Assembly: GCA_944326055.1 (NCBI GenBank)
Contig: CALVCT010000021.1
Coordinates: 6,087 to 70,086, forward strand
Direction: 5' to 3'
DNA from: an uncultured Erysipelotrichaceae bacterium
Lineage (GTDB): Bacteria > Bacillota_I > Bacilli_A > Erysipelotrichales > Erysipelotrichaceae
DNA length: 64,000 nucleotides
This document shows, piece after piece, positions 57,876 through 64,000 of the stretch. The first letter of the stretch is position 1, and each line of letters starts with the position of its first letter. The notes under the pieces were generated by a model. The model saw only the letters and a program-made list of their open reading frames with translations. It did no database searches and had not been told where the DNA came from. The translations under genes and the position numbers were made by a program.

Positions 57876-58682
57876 ATGGCAGAATGTAATCATAACTGCA
57901 GCTCATGTAGTCAGAGTTGCGATGAAAGAGTAGAGAAGGGGCCACTACCTTCAACGAGGATCAAAAAGATCATCGGTGTCTTATCTGGTAAAGGCGGCGT
58001 TGGTAAATCGATGATCTCTGGACTATTAGCTGTGACATTAGCTAAGATGGGATATCAGGTCGGTATCATGGATGCTGATGTTACTGGGCCAAGTATTCCA
58101 AAGATCTTTGGTATCCATGGTGATACTGTCGGTGATGGTATCGGTATCTATCCAAGTCTTACTGAGAGATATCAGATCAAAGTCGCTAGTATCAATACGA
58201 TGTTGGAGAGTGAAGAGACACCAGTTATCTGGAAAGGACCACTGCTCAGTTCGATGGTCAAACAATTCTATACTGATGTCTATTGGGAAGAGCTAGATTA
58301 TCTCATTATCGATATGCCTCCTGGCACATCCGATATCGCTCTAACAGTCTTACAAGATCTTCCTATCGATGGGCTCGTGATGGTCACGGGCGCTTCAAAA
58401 CTCATTGGGATGGTCGTTGCAAAGACGATCAATCTAGCTAAAGCGACAAACACGAAGATCTTGGGCATCGTTGAGAATATGGCTTATGTTAAGTGCCCAG
58501 ATTGTAAGAAAAAGATCATGATCTATCCAGAAGATGCCTCAGAAGCTTATGCCTCAAAGTATGGTCTTGAGATCTTGGCAAAATTGCCTTTAGATCCAAC
58601 ATTAGCCAGCCTAGCTGATGAAGGTCGTATCGAAGAATATGATGGAGACGATCTGATCCGTGTTACAGAAGCCTTGAAATGA
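57876..58682 (+). CDS. Mrp/ApbC/NBP35-family Fe-S cluster carrier ATPase
   Basis: ORF 57843..58682. ATG 57876 follows AAAGGAGAG. N-terminal Cys-rich CNHNCSSCSQSC, deviant Walker A SGKGGVGKS, and CPDC motif. Confidence 0.8.
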   Translation: MAECNHNCSSCSQSCDERVEKGPLPSTRIKKIIGVLSGKGGVGKSMISGLLAVTLAKMGYQVGIMDADVTGPSIPKIFGIHGDTVGDGIGIYPSLTERYQIKVASINTMLESEETPVIWKGPLLSSMVKQFYTDVYWEELDYLIIDMPPGTSDIALTVLQDLPIDGLVMVTGASKLIGMVVAKTINLAKATNTKILGIVENMAYVKCPDCKKKIMIYPEDASEAYASKYGLEILAKLPLDPTLASLADEGRIEEYDGDDLIRVTEALK

Positions 58683-58696
58683 TGTAGAATATAGTT

Positions 58697-59371
58697 ATGG
58701 CTATCAAGATACTTATCGCTGACGATGAAGAAAAGATCCGCAAGCTCGTACGCAAGTATGCTGAGCATGAAGGGTATGAAGTCATCGAAGCAGAGAATGG
58801 CGAAGAAGCATACGAGCTAGCGACTAAAGAAGATGTCAAACTGTTGATCTTAGATGTCATGATGCCGAAGCTTGATGGTTTCGCTGCCTATCAAAGGATC
58901 AGGCAAGTCAAAGATGTACCTTGCATCTTTTTGACTGCTCTTAATGAAGAATATAACCGCATCTATGGTTTTGATGTCGGAGCTGATGACTATGTCTCAA
59001 AGCCTTTTTCAACTAATGAATTGATGAAGCGGGTCAATGTCGTGCTCAAGCGAATCGGTCAAGCTGCTCCATCAAATGTCATCCAGGTCGAAGGTCTTGT
59101 GATCGACGAGAGCGCTCATACTGTGACTGTCGATGGTGAACAACGGACACTATCACTCAAGGAGTATGATCTATTGCTGACACTGATCAAAAATCGCGGT
59201 ACAGCGATGACGCGTGAGAACTTGCTTGAGAAGATCTGGGGCTATGGATATTTCAAAGATGATAGGACACTAGATACACATATCAAATTATTGCGGAAGT
59301 CGATAGGACCTTATGCTAAGTACATAACGACGATCCGTGGTGTAGGATACCGTTTTGAGAAGACTGTTTAG
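58697..59371 (+). CDS. OmpR/PhoB-family response regulator
   Basis: Receiver domain (ILIADDE, LILDVMMPKLDG) plus winged-helix output (TIRGVGYRF). Confidence 0.9.
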   Translation: MAIKILIADDEEKIRKLVRKYAEHEGYEVIEAENGEEAYELATKEDVKLLILDVMMPKLDGFAAYQRIRQVKDVPCIFLTALNEEYNRIYGFDVGADDYVSKPFSTNELMKRVNVVLKRIGQAAPSNVIQVEGLVIDESAHTVTVDGEQRTLSLKEYDLLLTLIKNRGTAMTRENLLEKIWGYGYFKDDRTLDTHIKLLRKSIGPYAKYITTIRGVGYRFEKTV

Positions 59372-60860
59372 AAAGCACAAGATCAAGATGACGGCATGCC
59401 TTGTCGGCATTCTCGTCGTCTTTTTGGTCACTATGTTATATACGATGTATACCTTCCAGATCAATATGCTGGAAGACTTTTATACGTCCAGTGTCTTTCA
59501 GAACTTAGATCGCGTGGCAAAAGAAGCATCGCAAAGGCTAGAAGATGTAACGCTTGATAATATCGATTATTACGACTATCAAGCGATCGTCGATCCATAT
59601 TATTCTCAAGAGAATGGTGAAGTCTGCGTCTTGATCGAACCGAGCGATACGATCGTCGATACTTATGGTACAGAAGAATTCTATACCAGTATGCAATATC
59701 AAGAAGGAAATAGTGCGACGACGCATTGTTCATTGGACCTTACTTCAGATAGTCAAAGACAAGAGATATACGAAGAGACGAAGGCTAATGGGGGAGAAGC
59801 ATATTATGAGATCTTTCGCCTTTTAGCGATGAATCAAGAGACTGATAATCTTGTTGCTGTATCGCATATCGTTGAAAGGCCAGAAGGAGAGTATCTCGTC
59901 ATGGCTTCATATACGATCAAAGACCTAGCCAACGTCCAAGATACGATTAGCGCACAGTTCATCTTCCTCATCGTCTTTGTCATCATCTTTACGATCGTTC
60001 TAGCAATGATCTTTTCGATCTTCTTTGTCAAACCATTAAAGAAGATCAACGAAGAAGCCAAGAGCTTACCTCAAGGGGTCTATGATGGCGATGAGATCCA
60101 TACTAATATCCAGGAGATGGTCGATATAAATGAGACGCTAAAAGAGTCTTGTATCTCCATCAAACAAGCTGATGTCGCTAGAAAAGAGCTGCTCTCTAAT
60201 GTCTCACATGACTTAAGGACGCCACTGACGATGATCGTTGGCTATGGCGAGATGATGATCGATTTTGATGATGAGAAGACCAATGACAATATCAAACTCG
60301 TCGTTGATGAAGCTAAGCGACTTTCAAATCTTGTCAATGATCTATTGGATCTTTCTAAAGCTGAGCTTGGCAAACTTGATCTTAATAAAGAAATGGTCGA
60401 TCTTAATGATTTTTTGACATCAGTGTACAATCAATATCGTATCTATCTTGAAAACCAGAATATCAAGTTCGATCTTGAACTAGATGAAGATATCGAATGT
60501 GAACTAGATGATCCAAGGATGCGTCAAGTGTTATACAACTTCATCAATAACGCAATGAACTACAATGATAAAGAAGATCCATATATCCGCCTGTCGACGA
60601 AAAAAGATGGCGATACGGTGACGATATCTGTCTATGATAATGGTAAGGGCATCTCTCCTGAAGATGTCGATAAGATCTGGGATCGTTACTATAAAGTCGA
60701 TAAAGAACATAAGCGTCAACTGATAGGAAGTGGTATAGGTCTATCACTGGCGAAGATGATCTTAGAAGCACACGGCTTAGAATATGGTGTAGAATCATCT
60801 TTAGGCGAATATAGTCGCTTCTATTTCAAGATAAGAGCACATAAAGAAGTCCAAGCATGA
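59355..60860 (+). CDS. Sensor histidine kinase
   Basis: Two TM helices flank an extracytoplasmic domain of about 150 aa. H-box SHDLRTPLT, N box NFINNAMNY, G boxes YDNGKGI and GSGIGLSLA. The start is TTG 59355 or ATG 59388. Confidence 0.9.
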   Translation: MRRLFRKHKIKMTACLVGILVVFLVTMLYTMYTFQINMLEDFYTSSVFQNLDRVAKEASQRLEDVTLDNIDYYDYQAIVDPYYSQENGEVCVLIEPSDTIVDTYGTEEFYTSMQYQEGNSATTHCSLDLTSDSQRQEIYEETKANGGEAYYEIFRLLAMNQETDNLVAVSHIVERPEGEYLVMASYTIKDLANVQDTISAQFIFLIVFVIIFTIVLAMIFSIFFVKPLKKINEEAKSLPQGVYDGDEIHTNIQEMVDINETLKESCISIKQADVARKELLSNVSHDLRTPLTMIVGYGEMMIDFDDEKTNDNIKLVVDEAKRLSNLVNDLLDLSKAELGKLDLNKEMVDLNDFLTSVYNQYRIYLENQNIKFDLELDEDIECELDDPRMRQVLYNFINNAMNYNDKEDPYIRLSTKKDGDTVTISVYDNGKGISPEDVDKIWDRYYKVDKEHKRQLIGSGIGLSLAKMILEAHGLEYGVESSLGEYSRFYFKIRAHKEVQA

Positions 60861-61296
60861 TGAAAGGGCCAAAGGGAACGATGGCCCTTTTCTTTATCGT
60901 TAAGTAGATCATAGCAAAAGCCGAAGCGATCGTAAGCAGTCTTATAAGGTCGTATAGCGACATGGATAATGAGCAGATGATGAGGATATAGACATCACCA
61001 TCACCGATCAACTTATGATATAGAGCATAGAAAAGACTAAAAGCTATCAAGATATCGCTAAGATCGAATAAGAACCCTCGATATGAAAATAGAATGATGG
61101 AAAGGTAGATGATATCGATACTATTTATCGTCATATCTTCGAGATCTGTTTTGATTATTGATAAGAAAAGATAAGTGATGGCACAAAGAAAGGGATCGAT
61201 CAGTACTACAGCAAAGATCACGAAGATAGCGAACCTTTGAGCTTTGAGATGTTTGTATGCTAGAATAAGCGTCGTGATGATCGAGATATCGGCCAT
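60826..61296 (-). CDS. A24-family (prepilin peptidase-like) membrane aspartyl protease, short form
   Basis: ORF 60826..61314, ATG at 61296. Polytopic, with candidate catalytic Asp contexts IIKTDLEDMTI and IGDGDVYIL, and a C-terminal VPFGPFI motif. 35-nt convergent overlap with the kinase gene. Confidence 0.5.
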   Translation of the reverse strand: MADISIITTLILAYKHLKAQRFAIFVIFAVVLIDPFLCAITYLFLSIIKTDLEDMTINSIDIIYLSIILFSYRGFLFDLSDILIAFSLFYALYHKLIGDGDVYILIICSLSMSLYDLIRLLTIASAFAMIYLTIKKRAIVPFGPFIMLGLLYVLLS

Positions 61297-61347
61297 ATAT
61301 CTAGATAAGCCCAAAAAATCTCTCGACCCTAAAAATGAGGTAAGGAA

Positions 61348-62178
61348 ATGAAAGAATATCTTAAAGGTATCTTATGTGGTATAGGAGGTGTCATACCAGG
61401 TCTCTCTGGTAGTGTCTTACTTGTCATCTTCGGTCTTTATGAGAAAACGATAGCCGCGATCGGCACGCTTTTTAAAGACTTCAAACGCAACATCCTTTTC
61501 TTGATACCGTTGTTATTGGGATTTGCGACAGGTATCGTCGCCTTTTCAAAAGTCATCGATCTTGCGCTTGAGAATTTTGAAGTCGTGACGCGTTTTATCT
61601 TTTTTGGTCTCATCTTAGGGACATTACCAACCTTCCTAAAGGAAGTTAAGAAATACGGTTTTAAAAAGCGCTATTATATCAATACGCTCATTGCTATCTT
61701 AGTCGGTATATTCCTATTCTATGTCAATGCCGATCTATTTCCTAAAGTAGCAAGACCAGATCTCATCTCATCTTTTATGATCGGTTGTATCGTCGCTTTA
61801 GCGAGTATCGTTCCCGGTCTCGATAGCGCATCGACACTTTCTGCTTTAGGACTTTATGAAGCATATGTCAAAGCCTTGGCTTCGCTTGACTTTTCGGTCC
61901 TCATATCGGCAGCTATAGGCCTTGGTCTTTCGGCTCTAGTACTCTCTTATCTTATGCACAAACTATTAGAGAAGCACTATACAGCGACATTTGCGACGAT
62001 CTTCGGTCTTTTCTTATGTATGGCACCAAAAGTCTTGACTGCTCAGTGTATAGGAGCCTTAAGCTTTGACGTTTCGTTTGTTGGTTATCTTTTATGCATC
62101 GTCATCGGCTTTATCATCTCGACTTATTTTGGTGATATGGAAAAATACAATAAGCGTTTATTCAAAAGAGATAGATGA
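61348..62178 (+). CDS. DUF368 family membrane protein (PopT-type polyprenyl-phosphate transporter family)
   Basis: 276 aa, polytopic. GVIPGLSGSVLLVIFGLYE and a second IVPGLDSAST repeat are characteristic of DUF368. Confidence 0.75.
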   Translation: MKEYLKGILCGIGGVIPGLSGSVLLVIFGLYEKTIAAIGTLFKDFKRNILFLIPLLLGFATGIVAFSKVIDLALENFEVVTRFIFFGLILGTLPTFLKEVKKYGFKKRYYINTLIAILVGIFLFYVNADLFPKVARPDLISSFMIGCIVALASIVPGLDSASTLSALGLYEAYVKALASLDFSVLISAAIGLGLSALVLSYLMHKLLEKHYTATFATIFGLFLCMAPKVLTAQCIGALSFDVSFVGYLLCIVIGFIISTYFGDMEKYNKRLFKRDR

Positions 62179-62209
62179 TATAATCTAAATAAGGAAAAGG
62201 AGAATCATT

Positions 62210-62752
62210 ATGAAAGATCTAAAAGGAACGAAAACAGAGAAGAATCTCATGGAAGCATTCTCAGGTGAATCACAAGCAAGAAACAAGTATACTTTCTACG
62301 CATCAAAAGCTAAGAAGGAAGGCTATGAGCAGATCGCTCAATTCTTCTTAGATACAGCTGCTAATGAAAAAGAGCATGCAGAACTATGGTTCAAAGCACT
62401 ACACGGAGGCGCTGTACCAACGACAGTCACCAATCTTAAAGATGCTGCTGCTGGTGAGAACTATGAGTGGACAGATATGTATGATCGCATGGCAAAAGAA
62501 GCTCGCGAAGAAGGCTTTGATGAGATCGCTGATCAGATGGAAGGCGTAGGTGCGATCGAGAAGACACATGAAGAGAGATATCTAGCGTTACTAGCTAATA
62601 TCGAAAGCGGTCGTGTTTTTGAGCGTGATGAAGAAGTGACATGGGTCTGCCGCAACTGTGGTCATGTCCATGTCGGTAAGAGCGCACCAGAAGTATGCCC
62701 TGTATGTAAACACGCTAGAGCTTACTTCGAACTTGAAAAGAAGAACTATTGA
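62210..62752 (+). CDS. Rubrerythrin
   Basis: Ferritin-like di-iron N-domain ([26 protein letters not shown]) plus C-terminal rubredoxin CRNCG...CPVC. Confidence 0.9.
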   Translation: MKDLKGTKTEKNLMEAFSGESQARNKYTFYASKAKKEGYEQIAQFFLDTAANEKEHAELWFKALHGGAVPTTVTNLKDAAAGENYEWTDMYDRMAKEAREEGFDEIADQMEGVGAIEKTHEERYLALLANIESGRVFERDEEVTWVCRNCGHVHVGKSAPEVCPVCKHARAYFELEKKNY

Positions 62753-63192
62753 TGGTCCATATCAAGAACCTATCACAAGATAAAAGTTTGAAGTCCTATT
62801 ATCCTGATATCCGTCGCTACTTCAAAAAGACATTTGAAGTCTTGGGTATCGCTGAATGTCCTGAAGTCAGTCTCATCATCGTCGATGAAGAAAAGATCCA
62901 TGAACTGAATCGTGATTATCGACATGTCGATAGACCAACAGATGTCATCACTTTTGCAGAGATCGATTCAGACGATGATCTGGCAGATGATGAATTCTAT
63001 CTTGGTGACATCTTCATAAGTGCTAAAGCGATCTTTGAACAAGCTCAGGCTTATGGACATAGCGCAAAAAGAGAGTTTTGTTTTCTTTTCGTGCATGGAC
63101 TTCTACACACTTTAGGATATGATCATATGACCAAGGAAGATGAAGAAGTGATGTTCAAATATCAAAAGGAGATCTTAGAAGATCTAAGATGA
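62752..63192 (+). CDS. ybeY: rRNA maturation endoribonuclease YbeY
   Basis: Motif HGLLHTLGYDH. Operon context ybeY-dgkA-cdd-era. Confidence 0.9.
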   Translation: MVHIKNLSQDKSLKSYYPDIRRYFKKTFEVLGIAECPEVSLIIVDEEKIHELNRDYRHVDRPTDVITFAEIDSDDDLADDEFYLGDIFISAKAIFEQAQAYGHSAKREFCFLFVHGLLHTLGYDHMTKEDEEVMFKYQKEILEDLR

Positions 63193-63521
63193 AGAAGTTC
63201 ATCCCGGCATTTAAAGGTCTTATAAGTGCTTTTAAAGATAAGAGCATCCGCATCCAGATAGTCATCGCGATCATCACGGTGATCTTGGGACATATCATCA
63301 AGCTCACATATCTTGAATGGATAGCTGTGATCATCTGTATCGGCATGGTCATAACTCTTGAGATGGTCAATACTTGTATCGAGAGAGTCTGTGATCTGAT
63401 AAAAACTCAAAAAGATGACAAGATCGCTTACATCAAAGATCTGAGCGCTGCTTCTGTTTTGATCGCAGCTTTCATATCTTTATGTGTAGCAGTAATCATC
63501 ATGACAGGGAGGATCCAATGA
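63189..63521 (+). CDS. dgkA: Diacylglycerol/undecaprenol kinase (DgkA family)
   Basis: 110 aa, three TM helices, with EMVNTCIERVCD and IKDLSAASVL motifs. ATGA overlap with ybeY. Confidence 0.85.
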   Translation: MKKFIPAFKGLISAFKDKSIRIQIVIAIITVILGHIIKLTYLEWIAVIICIGMVITLEMVNTCIERVCDLIKTQKDDKIAYIKDLSAASVLIAAFISLCVAVIIMTGRIQ

Positions 63522-63928
63522 AGTATCAAGCATTAGTAGATGAAGCATTCGAAGCGATGAAGAATGCTTATACACCATATAGTCACTATAATGTCGGAGC
63601 TTGTGTCTTATGTAAAGATGGCAAGACTTTCAAAGGCTGCAATATCGAGAACGCATCTTATGGAGCGACAAATTGTGGCGAGCGTACGGCGATCTTTGCG
63701 ACTTACGCTAATGGGTATCGTAAAGAAGACATCGAGGCGATCGCTATCGTTTCAGATGGGCATCGTCTAGCTGGACCTTGTGGTATCTGCCGACAAGTCT
63801 TAGCTGAACTTTTAGAGTTAGATACGCCGATCATCTTATCTAATGGCAAAGAGACAAAAGAGACGAACATCAGAGAACTCTTACCGATGATCTTTGATTA
63901 TTCTGATCTTGAGGACAGGATCAAGTGA
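63518..63928 (+). CDS. cdd: Cytidine deaminase
   Basis: ORF 63482..63928. ATG 63518 follows GGGAGGA. Zinc motifs CGERTAIF and PCGICRQVL. Confidence 0.9.
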   Translation: MKYQALVDEAFEAMKNAYTPYSHYNVGACVLCKDGKTFKGCNIENASYGATNCGERTAIFATYANGYRKEDIEAIAIVSDGHRLAGPCGICRQVLAELLELDTPIILSNGKETKETNIRELLPMIFDYSDLEDRIK

Positions 63929-64000
63929 GAAGTGGTTTCGTCACTTTGATCGGACAGCCGAACGTCGGTAAATCGTCACTTCTCAATAGACTCGTCAAAG
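63925..64000 (+). CDS. era: GTPase Era, 5' end (continues beyond the window)
   Basis: GTG 63925 overlaps the cdd stop. (M)RSGFVTLIGQPNVGKSSLLNRLVK contains the G1 P-loop. Confidence 0.8.
   Translation, partial: MRSGFVTLIGQPNVGKSSLLNRLVK

Overview
This 64-kb chromosomal window comes from a low-GC Gram-positive (Bacillota-type) genome. The taxon is inferred from PolC, EzrA, T-box and L-box leaders, the ybeY-dgkA-cdd-era and ezrA-iscS-thiI syntenies, and T7SSb genes. The standard genetic code applies: TGA, TAA and TAG all terminate long homology-supported ORFs, and Trp is TGG. I found no rRNA, tRNA, CRISPR array, IS element or prophage. Layout: (a) 1-4.2 kb holds an ABC ATPase 3' end, an MBL hydrolase, a DUF1294 gene, a flavoprotein, and a decayed amidohydrolase pseudogene still preceded by an intact-looking lysine riboswitch. 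(b) 4.2-18.7 kb is one tightly coupled plus-strand peptide-scavenging block: M24 peptidase, oppBCDFA, M24, S9 peptidase, PepD, a divergent guanylate-kinase paralog, M24, MFS. It is visibly GC-richer than the rest of the window. (c) 18.9-26.6 kb holds recG-rnc-polC-nitroreductase. (d) 26.6-35.9 kb is the most unusual part, a stripped-down type VIIb secretion locus. It has two WXG100 genes, a 649-aa lipoprotein, a shortened single-P-loop EssC, a YukD/EsaB-like gene and a 920-aa membrane-anchored GH73 wall hydrolase. It has no recognisable EsaA, EssA or EssB. (e) 35.8-64 kb is housekeeping: rluB, rqcH, gmk, rpsD, ClC, ezrA, cysteine desulfurase, thiI, pepP-like, ytqA/ytqB, GNAT, T-box-leuS, rpiB, scpAB, purB, purA, mrp, a two-component system, an A24 peptidase-like gene, DUF368, rubrerythrin, and ybeY-dgkA-cdd-era. 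Other second-look items are a tandem pair of C-rich sRNA-like units at 47.5-47.8 kb, strong GATC enrichment in coding DNA, and a compositional step near 18.7-18.9 kb. All calls rest on reading the ORF translations and the DNA by eye; no database search was run.
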